From positions 192,001-256,000 of IMG/VR virus record IMGVR_UViG_3300028888_000047: a DNA stretch of 64,000 nt; one strand, written 5' to 3'. This document shows, piece after piece, positions 48,066 to 58,899 of the stretch. Within the stretch, counting starts at the first letter, position 1. Each line of letters starts with the position of its first letter. A program made the translations under genes and the position numbers. Under the pieces are notes generated by a model. It saw only the letters and a program-made list of their open reading frames with translations, did no database searches and was not told where the DNA came from. The DNA comes from a virus (taxonomy: Duplodnaviria > Caudoviricetes).

Positions 48066-48869
48066 CTAATCATTTTTCTTTAATTGTGCGCTCAAATCAA
48101 GAAGCGGGGTTATTATTTTTCCATATTGCTCAATCTTTTCCTTTATTACATTTTCAGCCATTTGAGGCTTACCATGAAATGATATGCATAAGAAACCAAG
48201 TGGCAAACCTCTTGTTGTTAAATACATCATTCCAAGATATTGTCCTCCAATTCTTTCAACATGTTTTGCAAAACCATTGTCTATCTCAGCAAATTCATTA
48301 ACATTACTATAAACATACCTATGTTCAGCAAGATAATGAGGGTATTTATAAAGTGTTAATGGAATATCCTGGAATTGCATTGCAACACTTTCAACATTTT
48401 TTTCCTCATTTGTTTCCTCATATGACATATCTGCATATCTAAAGGGTAATCCACTTGCGTTTCTTTTTCCATTATGTAATTCAAATATAAATGCCCTATC
48501 TGCGTTTAATGAATAACACAGCATTGCAAGTTCTCTTTGAATTTTTGGCGTTACTTTATCTGTTCTAATATCTAAATGTATTTTTTCTTGTTCGTTTTTA
48601 GTACTTTCAATTTTTTGAACAAACATATTTATGAACTCATCATTGTTCACAGCGTTATAAGCAAACCTAAACGATATAATTAAGAACAATGAAACAGCTA
48701 CAAAAACAATCACTTTTATTGCCTTCAAAACAGGTACATCTGATAAAAAATTCAACACCTCTTTAAATGGATTTAAATACTTTACTATTCCCTTACTTTC
48801 ACCTTTTGATGGAGCAGAAACATTTACATTAATAACGTTCTGCTCCACCTGTTTTTTATCTTTTCCCAT
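48066..48869 (-). CDS. putative holin (single TM plus GAF-like periplasmic domain, T4 T-like architecture)
   Basis: TM segment then ADRAFIFELHNG...YE; adjacent to spanin-like gene. Confidence 0.5.
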   Translation of the reverse strand: MGKDKKQVEQNVINVNVSAPSKGESKGIVKYLNPFKEVLNFLSDVPVLKAIKVIVFVAVSLFLIISFRFAYNAVNNDEFINMFVQKIESTKNEQEKIHLDIRTDKVTPKIQRELAMLCYSLNADRAFIFELHNGKRNASGLPFRYADMSYEETNEEKNVESVAMQFQDIPLTLYKYPHYLAEHRYVYSNVNEFAEIDNGFAKHVERIGGQYLGMMYLTTRGLPLGFLCISFHGKPQMAENVIKEKIEQYGKIITPLLDLSAQLKKND

Positions 48870-48900
48870 TTCGTTTTCAAATACTTTTTATATAAGGTTA

Positions 48901-49767
48901 TTATTTCATCAACTTCCTAGCCTTATCAATCATATCCGAAAACTCTTTATTCTCATTCATTCTTGACTTTGAGTTAGTGGTTGTGAAATAATCCTTACTC
49001 TTATATCCATAAAGAGCCTTGATTCTGTTCATTTCCTCATTAACCTGAGTCTTATTTAATCTCTTTGTAACATTAGGCTGTTTATTTGTCCACTCTACAA
49101 GATACTCATTATCAGCAGTATCTTTCATTATAAATGTTTTTCCTTCTACCTTAAATTCATCAGGAACTTTTGATAACATATGCCCTTCTGAAAGGAATTG
49201 TGTGTGCTTAAACTGTATTTTACTAATTTTCTTTGATTCAAACATAGTATCGCTATTTTTTTCTGTTTCATCTTTATATTTGCTGCTAACCAAGCCATCG
49301 GTCTTACTCTTATCACTTTCCTTCTTGGCTTCTTTAGCATGGTCGGCAATATCTTTACTTAGATTGTTTGAATCATAGTAAGCATTACCAAATTCCTTAT
49401 CATCCTTGTGGAGTTTTTCATTTTCTGCTGAAGGATAGCCTTTAATCTGTGCCTTAACCCTATCTTTAAATGGTTTTGATATTGAATCATAATCGAGGTC
49501 AGACATACCCCTGTTATTAGCAGGCGTTACGCTTTCTCCCTTTTTACGTTCAGAACCAAGACCACCGTCATATTTTTCAGTTTCTTTGGTAATGTCCTTA
49601 TATGCATCAGAATTTATTTTCTTATTATCCTGTGGTACATTCTTACCAAATACAGGCTCAAATTCATTCTTAGCCTCAAGTACACTTTTCTTGGAAACTG
49701 ATTTACTTCTCTCAAGATTCTCCCTGAGTCTTGCCTTTAAATCACCTAATTTGTACTTTCTTTCCAT
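48901..49767 (-). CDS. hypothetical charged protein, probably virion-associated
   Basis: 288 aa, VNEEMNRIK.L.GY motif; late-type motif variant upstream. Confidence 0.65.
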   Translation of the reverse strand: MERKYKLGDLKARLRENLERSKSVSKKSVLEAKNEFEPVFGKNVPQDNKKINSDAYKDITKETEKYDGGLGSERKKGESVTPANNRGMSDLDYDSISKPFKDRVKAQIKGYPSAENEKLHKDDKEFGNAYYDSNNLSKDIADHAKEAKKESDKSKTDGLVSSKYKDETEKNSDTMFESKKISKIQFKHTQFLSEGHMLSKVPDEFKVEGKTFIMKDTADNEYLVEWTNKQPNVTKRLNKTQVNEEMNRIKALYGYKSKDYFTTTNSKSRMNENKEFSDMIDKARKLMK

Positions 49768-49960
49768 GTTTTTATTTATTTTATATATTATAAATAGTCT
49801 TGAACTTGCGTTAAATACAATCCACGCAACATTTGTTCAAACATTAATTGCGTTCTCTTGTTTTTATCAGTCTCTGTTTTTAATTTTTCATCTATTTCTT
49901 TAACGGCATTTATTACTTTTTTATCATCAAATAAACCGTTTTCTCCATAATAATCAATCA

Positions 49961-50593
49961 TTATTTTCTGTTTTTTGGAATTGATATTGAACCACCTTTA
50001 CCATCCTTACGATTCATAGCAGGAGTCATATCAACATTACTTGATTGCTTTGTTACATCACCACCTGCGCTTTTATCCTTTGGTTGATATATCTTTCTTC
50101 TCTGTACCTTTCCAAACGGAACCGTATACTGCCCACTTTCAGGATTGGTTCCCAATGGTGCATTTCCACTACCTGTTTGCATTGCTCCAGCACAGTTTGT
50201 TGCGCCACCATCTTCTTTAATAACACTTTCTCCCACTTTCATTTTCATGGCTTCACTTTTCTTAACCAAAAAATAATATCCAGCTCCATAATCTTTATAC
50301 ATTTCTGAGCCAACTTCAGGAATTTCCATTATAAATTGTCTATAATGAGGCATTTGATTTTCTTCGAATTCACCATCTGCTGCAACATCCTTAAACCATT
50401 CAGCAGCAGCTTCCTCTTCAGATAAACCATATTCTTCAGCAATTTCTTGTGCTTTATAATCTTCAATTATCCCATTGTAAATCAAAGCAATAGAATCATC
50501 TGGTTCACCATGATACTCTTTCAATATTTTTTTTACAGATTCTTTGATAACTCTATGTAAATCTGATTCTGTAAGTTTAATTATCTGTTTCAT
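49961..50593 (-). CDS. LTESDL-motif protein (putative internal head protein)
   Basis: MKQIIKLTESDLHRVIKESVKKILKE. Confidence 0.7.
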   Translation of the reverse strand: MKQIIKLTESDLHRVIKESVKKILKEYHGEPDDSIALIYNGIIEDYKAQEIAEEYGLSEEEAAAEWFKDVAADGEFEENQMPHYRQFIMEIPEVGSEMYKDYGAGYYFLVKKSEAMKMKVGESVIKEDGGATNCAGAMQTGSGNAPLGTNPESGQYTVPFGKVQRRKIYQPKDKSAGGDVTKQSSNVDMTPAMNRKDGKGGSISIPKNRK

Positions 50594-50596
50594 ATA

Positions 50597-50893
50597 TTAT
50601 TTTTTCATTAATGTGTGTAATTTTCCATCAGGATATTTAATTATTGCATCTACAAACAAATCAGTATTTTTGTTAGTATAATATCCTTCTAGATAGCGTT
50701 TATCAGGATATACATCGCCTTTAATTATCTCAATCCCCCTATCAAGTATTTCTTTCCCTAAAACAGGAGTAAATGCTTTTTCAAGAGCACTTAAAGACCT
50801 GTCACTAATAAATGATTCTTTTATTATTTTTTTTACTGATTCATTAACTATTTTACGCAAATCTTGCTCTGTTATTCTTATTATTTGCTTCAT
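50597..50893 (-). CDS. LTESDL-motif protein
   Basis: MKQIIRITEQDLRKIVNESVKKIIKE. Confidence 0.7.
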   Translation of the reverse strand: MKQIIRITEQDLRKIVNESVKKIIKESFISDRSLSALEKAFTPVLGKEILDRGIEIIKGDVYPDKRYLEGYYTNKNTDLFVDAIIKYPDGKLHTLMKK

Positions 50894-51714
50894 AATGAGT
50901 TCACTATATTATATATGTTTTTATCTTGGTTAAATGCCCAAATATACATTTTTATTTCAGTTACGGGAATCCATTTGAATGGTTCATTTTCACCATCACC
51001 AATTCCAGGTTTATAATTATCTGTTGTTCCATTTAAAACCGTCATAAAATTCTTACCAAGATTAACCCCATAACGGCTTGTATATTCTTCATCGCCAATA
51101 TCCTTTAATATAGATTGGCCTATATTTATTCCACTTTCCTCTCGTACTTCTCTAACAGCAGCATCCTCTACTGATTCATCAAAAATTTTATCGCCTACTT
51201 GCCCTGTAGGAACATTATATAAGCCACCATTATTATTTCCTCTTCTTTTACCTGCAAGAACACATAAATCTCCATTTTTATCTTTGCAAAAAATATATAC
51301 TGCTACAGAATCATATTTTTGAGGCTTTACATCATCGAAAAGTGATTCATTTATTTTTTTACCTTTTCCATTTTCAAAAAAATATGAATAAAGTCTTTTA
51401 ATCTTTTGTTCAAAATTCTTTCTTGGAACTCTATATTGTAAATGATGCATTGATTTCATATTTCCATCAGCATCATTTGGTTCGTCTATATTCTCTTTCT
51501 TGGAAACAATATCTCTGTCAAGCATTTTATTTAAAAGAATGCTTTTGCTAATACCATGTGCTTTAAAAAAGCCACTTGGCTTTGCCCCAATTGGGTCATC
51601 TAACAAATCTTTTATAAAATTCTTAACTTCAGTGAAAAACTTATAAAAAGTAACCTCTTCTTCCTCACTCTCTTTTATAAGAATGAGTTTACTTTCATCC
51701 AAATATATTTTCAT
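50890..51714 (-). CDS. NUDIX hydrolase with N-terminal extension
   Basis: Nudix box G.....ESVEDAAVREVREESG. Confidence 0.85.
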   Translation of the reverse strand: MKIYLDESKLILIKESEEEEVTFYKFFTEVKNFIKDLLDDPIGAKPSGFFKAHGISKSILLNKMLDRDIVSKKENIDEPNDADGNMKSMHHLQYRVPRKNFEQKIKRLYSYFFENGKGKKINESLFDDVKPQKYDSVAVYIFCKDKNGDLCVLAGKRRGNNNGGLYNVPTGQVGDKIFDESVEDAAVREVREESGINIGQSILKDIGDEEYTSRYGVNLGKNFMTVLNGTTDNYKPGIGDGENEPFKWIPVTEIKMYIWAFNQDKNIYNIVNSL

Positions 51715-51936
51715 TTATACTCTTGATACTGTTGATTTCCAAAAATTATTTCTCTGCCATAATATCTTAAACAATTCACTTACAACCTCAGAACTTAACT
51801 CCTTAACCTTCTGCTTAAATTCACGAGAAGATAATGTAGAGTTTAACTTGGTGCTAATCATAGAATTAACATCAGACTTGCTAAGTTCCTCACTTATTAT
51901 TTGTTGTAATTTCTTCTCGTTTTCGTTCATACACAA
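51715..51936 (-). CDS. hypothetical protein
   Basis: 73 aa, EKKLQQIISEEL; late motif upstream. Confidence 0.65.
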   Translation of the reverse strand: MCMNENEKKLQQIISEELSKSDVNSMISTKLNSTLSSREFKQKVKELSSEVVSELFKILWQRNNFWKSTVSRV

Positions 51937-51965
51937 TTTTTTATATAAATATCTACATAAAAGAA

Positions 51966-51991
51966 AAAAGCCCTTTAGGCAAAGGGCTTTT
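51966..51991. terminator. intrinsic terminator
   Basis: AAAAGCCCTTT-AGGC-AAAGGGCTTTT. Confidence 0.8.
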
Positions 51992-51992
51992 G

Positions 51993-52568
51993 TTATTTAT
52001 TCTTTTCTGCTGCTTTTTTAAGCTTTTCCAAAAGGTCTCCATCTTGTATAAGTCCTTGCTTCCAATTGAGAAAGCTATCAAGTATTTTACCTATATTTCT
52101 TGAATTTTCATCAGTTAATTGTAATCCATCACAGAATATATAAGCGCCCCGGCCAGAGGGGTCGTTGTATCTGAACTGAAATGTTGTATTCATTGAAGGT
52201 ATTTCTCCATTAAACACAAGGTCATCAGCATCTGGATAATAAAGAAGCGATTCATCATTAAATTTAACTTGTTCTCCTATAGTTTTAAGAATTGCTTCTT
52301 CTTGCGAAACTCTAACATCACCAAATTGTGGTGTACTCTTGGTTATAGGAAAAGAGTTTCCATGTTTATCATCATTAAACCCTTTTTCTTCAGTTAAGTT
52401 TTTTTTTTGATTTTCAGCTTCTTCCATTAATATTTTTGAACGTGTCAAAAAATTGTCTTTTTCTATCGTTGCTTCTTCTACAATAAGTGGATTAACTGTT
52501 TGTTTTTTTGTTTTTTCAACATTTTCTCTTATTGTTTTAAGCATTTTTTTTGTAAAATCTGTTGCCAT
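51993..52568 (-). CDS. hypothetical protein
   Basis: Start reassigned to MATDFT. Confidence 0.7.
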   Translation of the reverse strand: MATDFTKKMLKTIRENVEKTKKQTVNPLIVEEATIEKDNFLTRSKILMEEAENQKKNLTEEKGFNDDKHGNSFPITKSTPQFGDVRVSQEEAILKTIGEQVKFNDESLLYYPDADDLVFNGEIPSMNTTFQFRYNDPSGRGAYIFCDGLQLTDENSRNIGKILDSFLNWKQGLIQDGDLLEKLKKAAEKNK

Positions 52569-52570
52569 AT

Positions 52571-52969
52571 TTAAAAATCTATTGCTTGTCCATTCCAAAG
52601 ATAACCAAAGCTTTGGTTAAACTTATTAATTATTTTTTTAACTCCACTTTCTTTTTTATCAACAACTTCTTCCTTTGGAGCAATTACTGCCGGGTCACCA
52701 TTAACAACTTCAACTTTCTTTTTATTTGTGACAACCACTTCATCATCATCTTTTAACTGATTGAAAACACTTTTAACTTCTTCTTCCGTTGCGTTTGTTA
52801 AGTCATATTCACCCTTTTCATCTTTAAATTTTTCAATATCAACTTCTTCAACTACTGTTTGTTCTTTAACTTCTTCTACTAATTTTGGAAGTTGAGTCTC
52901 TGTGACCTTAGTAACTTTCTTGTTTGAGTTATTTTTCTTAGTTACTTTCTTTTTCTTATCTCCTGCCAT
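52571..52969 (-). CDS. hypothetical K/E/V-rich protein
   Basis: 132 aa; late motif upstream. Confidence 0.7.
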   Translation of the reverse strand: MAGDKKKKVTKKNNSNKKVTKVTETQLPKLVEEVKEQTVVEEVDIEKFKDEKGEYDLTNATEEEVKSVFNQLKDDDEVVVTNKKKVEVVNGDPAVIAPKEEVVDKKESGVKKIINKFNQSFGYLWNGQAIDF

Positions 52970-52998
52970 TGTAACAACTTTTTATTCTAATATAAATA

Positions 52999-53724
52999 TT
53001 ATTTAAATATAAAATCTGCTCCTTCCATTAATAAAATATCACTTCTAAGTTTTGATAATGACACTTTTTTAATTTGTCTGACCCTTTCTTTGGTTATTCC
53101 AAGCATCTTTCCAATTTCTTCAAGATTTTTTTCTTTTTCGTTTATGCCATAATACTGTTCAATAATAAATCTTTCTCTCCAAGAAAGATTTGATAATAAT
53201 TCGTCAACAATCTTTTTTTGATTCTTATGCAATTCTCTTTTAGTTTCATCTTCTTCATTTGATAAAACCGTTTCTCTTTTTGTGACATAATCATCTTCGT
53301 CATCTACATTAAACGAATCTGTAATTACTGGTGAATTTAAATAGTCATCTTCCTTTTCAATATTAAGTGTTGTCTGTCTTTTCTTAATGAACTCTTGCAT
53401 CGCATTCCTAATCCACCACACAGCATAAGATATGAATTTTACATCTTTTTCCGGATTGAATTTCTGAATTGCTTTTACCAATCCCATATTTCCTTCAGAT
53501 ATTAAATCAGATATTGCTGCGCCATTTCCTTTATATCTGCTTGCAACGTTAAATACAAACCTTAAATTAGCTGTTAATATCTCATTTTGAGCATTTAAAT
53601 CTCCATTCTTAGCTTTTAGAATTAATTCCTTTTCTTTTGCCCTTGTAATTGGTTTATATTTTTTTAATTCATCGTAATAAGTCTTTACGGTGGTGCTAAA
53701 ATCATTAACATATTGATTTGCCAT
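52999..53724 (-). CDS. sigma70-family RNA polymerase sigma factor (RpoD/RpoS-like)
   Basis: ANLRFV..VA, DLISEGNMGL.KA, KFISYAVWWIR, region 4 LEEIG..LGITKERVRQI. Confidence 0.93.
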   Translation of the reverse strand: MANQYVNDFSTTVKTYYDELKKYKPITRAKEKELILKAKNGDLNAQNEILTANLRFVFNVASRYKGNGAAISDLISEGNMGLVKAIQKFNPEKDVKFISYAVWWIRNAMQEFIKKRQTTLNIEKEDDYLNSPVITDSFNVDDEDDYVTKRETVLSNEEDETKRELHKNQKKIVDELLSNLSWRERFIIEQYYGINEKEKNLEEIGKMLGITKERVRQIKKVSLSKLRSDILLMEGADFIFK

Positions 53725-53748
53725 TAAAATTAAACATTTTCCTAAACA

Positions 53749-54216
53749 TTATTTTTCAAATAAACCTGAAGACACCCACTCTTTTGAAAACCATACATTG
53801 TTTGGTATCTCATTGTTAAATTCATTAGTTGCTTCTTTAAACATTTCTATCATTTCTTTTCCGGTATATCCACATATTGTTGCTTCGTATGGCATATTTC
53901 TATATGCTACTTTAAAATTTTTTTCTTTATTTTCTAAAGCACATTTATACATGTTTTTAATATATCCTATTATTTCATTTTTTGGCATCCCTCTTTTAAT
54001 TGGTGGTAAGCGGTAATCTTCAAAGTTAAGATTTGTTGTTGGTAAACCATATGATGAACCTTGCAAGCCTTCTCCTTGGCCTTTTTTAGCCCCAAAAAAT
54101 ATTAATGCCACCTTTGCCGAGCCTGCTCCATGTATTCCTTGCGGATTAGAGCCGAAAACAAATATAGTGTCTTTTTCTGGTATTATATTACCAATGTAAT
54201 ACTTTGGATTTTTCAT
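53749..54216 (-). CDS. conserved phage protein (FVFGSN...HGAG family)
   Basis: IFVFGSNPQGIHGAGSA...GLQGSSYGLPT. Confidence 0.7.
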   Translation of the reverse strand: MKNPKYYIGNIIPEKDTIFVFGSNPQGIHGAGSAKVALIFFGAKKGQGEGLQGSSYGLPTTNLNFEDYRLPPIKRGMPKNEIIGYIKNMYKCALENKEKNFKVAYRNMPYEATICGYTGKEMIEMFKEATNEFNNEIPNNVWFSKEWVSSGLFEK

Positions 54217-54222
54217 AATATA

Positions 54223-56607
54223 TTAAACATTATTTTTAATAAGAGAAATTTTACTTATATTATCTACCTTTTCAACAATAACATTGCTTGTTGCCCAACT
54301 CTTGATTTGGTCCAAATGTGAAATCATAAATACGTAATCATGATTATTAAGTATTTTATTTATAAGATTATGAATGTTTTCAAGGTTTTCTTCTGCAACA
54401 CGCCCTGTTATTTCATCTAATAATATGCCATTCGCTTCCGGTATTGTAGATAACTCAGCAAGAACCGTTCTAAGTGCCAATGATGCTGCTGTTTTTTCAA
54501 ATCCACTTCCACTTGTTAAATCAGACTTTATGCCATCTTTAACTAAATAGAACATAACATCATTTTTTATGTTTATTCCAACTTCAACATCAAAATCACA
54601 AACATCACTTAATAATTGAGATAATTTAGCATTGATTATTGGCAATGTTTTTCTGAATACCATCTTAGAAATACCATTTTTACCAACCATTTCAAGATAA
54701 ATCTTCCAATTCTTAATTAATTTTTCTTCCTCAGATATTTTTGAAATAATTTCATCACGGTCATTAATTTCTTTCCTAAAATTCTCTATCTCATTACCTT
54801 TTGATAATATTTCCCTTAGATTTACTTCTTTTTGATTTCTTTTATTCTTAATATGTACTTCAGTATTATTAATTTCAATTGAAAGCTTGTTATTATTATC
54901 AATTGCTTCGCTGTTCTTATTATAGTCTTTCAAAACATTTTTTGAATCTTTAAGTTCTTCTCTTAACCTTGACATATTTAATTCAAGAGCCGCTTTCGTC
55001 ATTGACAATTTTGCTTTCTCGTTATATAAATCCCTGTTTGCTTTCATGGATTCAATATTCTTTTCAACTTTTGAAATGTTCTCTGAAATACTTTTTCCTT
55101 CTTTTACAATTTTTATTAATTCTTTTTCAGCTTCTTTTATTTGTTCTGTGTTGTCAACATTATCAAGTTTTCTTTTGCAAACCGGACAATATTCACTTGT
55201 TTTCAAATGTTCAAGATTATGTTTAATGTTTTTATGTTTTTCCAATAAACTTCCTCTTTTTTCTTTTAAAGAAGATAATTCCTGAACTGTATTGTCATAT
55301 TTTTCAACTGAAAAATCTATTTCTCCTATTTCATTTATTCTATTATCTATTGTCTCAACTTCATTCTTTTTCTTTAACCCTTCAGTTGTTAATCTTTCAA
55401 TTTTTGCATTTAACGTTGTAATATCTATTTTAAGTAATGATTCGTCAACGGTTTGTTTTGCCTGCATTAACGCATTTTTATTTTTCTCAAGTGTTTCAAT
55501 TTCCTTATCAATTTTTGAATTTACTTCTGTGAGTTCTCTTATGATTTTATCATTACTTTTTATTTTAACTTCAAATGCTATTTTTTCTTGTTTTAAAGTT
55601 TCACTGTTGTATCTATTAGACAGTAAATAAGGCTTTATTTCTCCATTAAATTTCTCCCTTGCATAAAGGTCTTTTTCTTCGATTGGCAGTAATCCAATCC
55701 AACGTGAAAGTATTCTACCCCTTTCGGTATCTTTCATATCAATTAACGCATCAAGGTTTGACTCTGTTATTGACATTACGAGGTCAAAATCACTTTCCTT
55801 ACCAATAGCTTCTTTAATGACCTTATTGGTTTTTATTGAATTTTCTTCCTGTTGGTTATCTATATATTCTTCAAGTTCCTCTTTATTTCCACCAACAATC
55901 TTATAATATTCAACCTTTTGAGTTACTTTGCTCTTTTCAGTTCTTTTATCTAATGATGGCCTTGAAAGTGTTCTTTTAATTATGTAATCCTCTCCATCAA
56001 TGTTTATACATCCTTCTACAACCACGTTTGTCGCTTCAGGAATATGTTTGTTAAATATTTTACTTTGAACTTCAGCCTTATCTGTTTTACCGAACAGTAG
56101 AAAGTGCAACAAATCAATAGCAAATGTTGTTTTGCCTGATTGATTTGAAGGCTTACCACTTAGCAAAACAATTCCATTAAGGTTTGTGAAATCAAAATAG
56201 TTGTCGGCTCCATAAGAGAGAAAATTATCCCATCGTACCCACTTGATAGAATATCTCCTATACTTGTCGTAAACTTGATAATCAATTTTTCCATTTATTT
56301 CAGAATCTATTTTTTTGATTAATTCAAAATCATACCCATCAATGTTGTTTAAGTTCAAATAATCTTTAAACAATTTTATTTGAAAATTTGGGTCTTGAAT
56401 GTTTTGAATAATATCCTTATTTATTGAAATCTCTGAACCATTTTCATCTACAGTTAAAAAATCCGGTATAACTCTAATATGTTCCTTTGGAATTGAGTAT
56501 TTTTTACTTGCCTTTGAAATGATATTATTTACCTTTTCCTTTGAATAATCATATGGAGATACCTTCCAATGAAAAGTTATTTTTGATGTATCTTTTATAT
56601 CAATCAT
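54223..56607 (-). CDS. sbcC: SbcC/Rad50-like ATPase (T4 gp46-like recombination nuclease subunit)
   Basis: NFLSYG, Walker A NQSGKTT, zinc hook CPVC, SGFE signature, LLDE, ISH. Confidence 0.9.
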   Translation of the reverse strand: MIDIKDTSKITFHWKVSPYDYSKEKVNNIISKASKKYSIPKEHIRVIPDFLTVDENGSEISINKDIIQNIQDPNFQIKLFKDYLNLNNIDGYDFELIKKIDSEINGKIDYQVYDKYRRYSIKWVRWDNFLSYGADNYFDFTNLNGIVLLSGKPSNQSGKTTFAIDLLHFLLFGKTDKAEVQSKIFNKHIPEATNVVVEGCINIDGEDYIIKRTLSRPSLDKRTEKSKVTQKVEYYKIVGGNKEELEEYIDNQQEENSIKTNKVIKEAIGKESDFDLVMSITESNLDALIDMKDTERGRILSRWIGLLPIEEKDLYAREKFNGEIKPYLLSNRYNSETLKQEKIAFEVKIKSNDKIIRELTEVNSKIDKEIETLEKNKNALMQAKQTVDESLLKIDITTLNAKIERLTTEGLKKKNEVETIDNRINEIGEIDFSVEKYDNTVQELSSLKEKRGSLLEKHKNIKHNLEHLKTSEYCPVCKRKLDNVDNTEQIKEAEKELIKIVKEGKSISENISKVEKNIESMKANRDLYNEKAKLSMTKAALELNMSRLREELKDSKNVLKDYNKNSEAIDNNNKLSIEINNTEVHIKNKRNQKEVNLREILSKGNEIENFRKEINDRDEIISKISEEEKLIKNWKIYLEMVGKNGISKMVFRKTLPIINAKLSQLLSDVCDFDVEVGINIKNDVMFYLVKDGIKSDLTSGSGFEKTAASLALRTVLAELSTIPEANGILLDEITGRVAEENLENIHNLINKILNNHDYVFMISHLDQIKSWATSNVIVEKVDNISKISLIKNNV

Positions 56608-56608
56608 T

Positions 56609-56959
56609 TTATTTTTTTATTATAGTGATTTTCTTTTTTGGCTTTATAGGTTCAACTTTTTCTTCCTTCTGTATGACGCTTTCTTCGTTAGTTGATTGTT
56701 GTTTTTTTGGCCTGCCCCTTCTTTTTGTTTCCTTTCTTTCCAATCCTTCAACGTTACTTTTTTCTTCTGTATCATATACTTCTATGTTTAATGGTTTATT
56801 TTCTTTATTAAAATTATCTTGCGGGGAAATGCCATATTTTACAATATTAAAGCCATTCCTCAAACAAATTGTTAAAAATCCATTGATGTCTTCAATTTTA
56901 TTTAATCTAACAAAACTCATTATGTCATTATCTAATGACCTTGGGATTTCTATGTACAT
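56609..56959 (-). CDS. hypothetical protein
   Basis: 116 aa with RRGRPKK AT-hook-like motif. Confidence 0.65.
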   Translation of the reverse strand: MYIEIPRSLDNDIMSFVRLNKIEDINGFLTICLRNGFNIVKYGISPQDNFNKENKPLNIEVYDTEEKSNVEGLERKETKRRGRPKKQQSTNEESVIQKEEKVEPIKPKKKITIIKK

Positions 56960-57104
56960 ACTTTTTTAATTTAAAACAAATATACAAAAAATATTTTTAA
57001 AAAAATAATTTTTCTTTATTTTTATTTTAAAATTATTATATTTTTTATAAATCCGGCATATTTTCCGGATTATATATAATATATTAATTAATATTTAAAA
57101 TATA

Positions 57105-57878
57105 ATGATAGATAATAAACCTGTATATATGGCACTTGATGTGTCAACAAAAACAATTGGTGTTGCTGTGCTGCTTGATGATGGGTCAGATTACGGAAAA
57201 ATAATAGAACTTACCCATATAAGCCCAAAAGTTTCATCAAAAATAAAAGGGATTGAACAATTATTTTTAAAGAAAAAAATTTTTGAAGAATACATTTCAA
57301 AATTCAAAGATTTCAACATTGATAAAGTTATAATTGAAGAGCCTTTGATGAAAAGCAACAATATTTCAACTTGTAGTGTACTTTTACGATTCAATGGAAT
57401 GGTTTCGGATTGCATTTATAATACTTTAGGTGTAGTACCTGAATATATTTCAAGTTATGACGCAAGGAAATATGCTTTTCCTGAACTAATGGCAATTAGG
57501 AAATATGGAAAAGATGGAAACCAATATGAATACAAAAAAATAATGAACGAAATAACAAATAACAAATTCGTTCTATTCGGAAGTTATAGTTGGGAAGTTG
57601 ATAAAAAAACTGTTTTACATGACAAGGTTTCAAAGTTATTTCCCGAAATTCAATGGGTTTATGATAAAAGCGGAGAATTGAAAAAAGAAAACTTTGACGC
57701 ATCTGATGCTTATGTTGCAATACGTGGATGGTTAAACCTCCAAAAATATGGAGAACTTGATATGAAATCTGAAAATATTATGTCAACAGCTTCAACAGAC
57801 CCGGAAGTTTCAACAAAAATAGAATATGACATAACATATTGGGACAAAAAAGAACACAGAATTACTTATATTGATTAA
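57105..57878 (+). CDS. RuvC-like Holliday junction resolvase
   Basis: ALDVSTKTIG, VIIEEP, FDASDA acidic triad. Confidence 0.75.
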   Translation: MIDNKPVYMALDVSTKTIGVAVLLDDGSDYGKIIELTHISPKVSSKIKGIEQLFLKKKIFEEYISKFKDFNIDKVIIEEPLMKSNNISTCSVLLRFNGMVSDCIYNTLGVVPEYISSYDARKYAFPELMAIRKYGKDGNQYEYKKIMNEITNNKFVLFGSYSWEVDKKTVLHDKVSKLFPEIQWVYDKSGELKKENFDASDAYVAIRGWLNLQKYGELDMKSENIMSTASTDPEVSTKIEYDITYWDKKEHRITYID

Positions 57879-57886
57879 TACTTAAA

Positions 57887-57919
57887 AAAAAGCGAGACTC
57901 TTTTTGAATCTCGCTTTTT
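57887..57919. terminator. bidirectional intrinsic terminator
   Basis: AAAAAGCGAGA...TCTCGCTTTTT between convergent genes. Confidence 0.75.
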
Positions 57920-57922
57920 ATA

Positions 57923-58897
57923 TTATTGGTTTCCTATACCTTGTATGTCCCTTTGCCCTCTATTTTGTGCATATGCTTGATTTATCTGAGACCTAGTAGG
58001 ACCTTCCCACTCTTTCCAATGTTGATTATATGTACGTTGGGCTTTAACATTGTTAGGGTCTTGCTTTAATCTGTTACTTGTTTTCAAATCGTTTCTTAAG
58101 GCTTGTAAATGCCTTTGGTTTTCTGTTGGGGCAATATTATGTTTTGTATAATAACCACCTGGTGTACCCCATCTTCCTCTTTGTTCTTCTCTATCATTGA
58201 ATTTTTTTTGCATTCCAATTGCTTTTTCCTTATTAATAATCGGAACAGATGTACCATCTTTAAAATTAACGGCGTTATCGGCGATTCCGGTAACTTTATC
58301 CATTTTACTAGCCTCATCACCAATCATATCATCAGTTAAATCTGCAATTGGAAAGTTATCACCTCCATAAAAACCATATCCTCCTTTTTTTATACCTCCA
58401 TGTTGCCTAGCCATAGTATCTAACTTAGGAGATTTAAAAGCTTCATTTATTTTTTTTTTAAAAATTCTCATCACAGATTCTCTTATAATTTGATGCAACT
58501 GTGATTCATTTACCTTATATTGTTTTGATTCTGCTGCAATATTATTAACTGGCTGTTCGTTGAAATCATCAAATTCATGTTCATCATATGATGGTCTACC
58601 ATATATATTCATCCCTTGAGCCATTTCAGCATCACTATATTCTTCTAAATTTTCTTCGCTCTGTTGAATTGGTTTTCTCTCAAAACCATTTTGAAATTCC
58701 TTACGTTGTGAATCATTCCATCTATCACGATTCATTATCTTCTGGGCTGCATTCCAAGGACCAATTTTACCTTGTTCCAAACCTCTAGCTGCACCCAAGC
58801 CTGCCATATGGGGGTCATATTCTTTAAGAATGCTTTGAACTGCTTCTCTTAAAGCATCCTTTAATTCTGATTCTGTCAATTTAATCTGTTGTTTCAT
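57923..58897 (-). CDS. LTESDL-motif protein with two motif copies
   Basis: MKQQIKLTESELKDALREAVQSILKE and internal VNESQLHQIIRESV. Confidence 0.7.
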   Translation of the reverse strand: MKQQIKLTESELKDALREAVQSILKEYDPHMAGLGAARGLEQGKIGPWNAAQKIMNRDRWNDSQRKEFQNGFERKPIQQSEENLEEYSDAEMAQGMNIYGRPSYDEHEFDDFNEQPVNNIAAESKQYKVNESQLHQIIRESVMRIFKKKINEAFKSPKLDTMARQHGGIKKGGYGFYGGDNFPIADLTDDMIGDEASKMDKVTGIADNAVNFKDGTSVPIINKEKAIGMQKKFNDREEQRGRWGTPGGYYTKHNIAPTENQRHLQALRNDLKTSNRLKQDPNNVKAQRTYNQHWKEWEGPTRSQINQAYAQNRGQRDIQGIGNQ

Positions 58898-58899
58898 AC

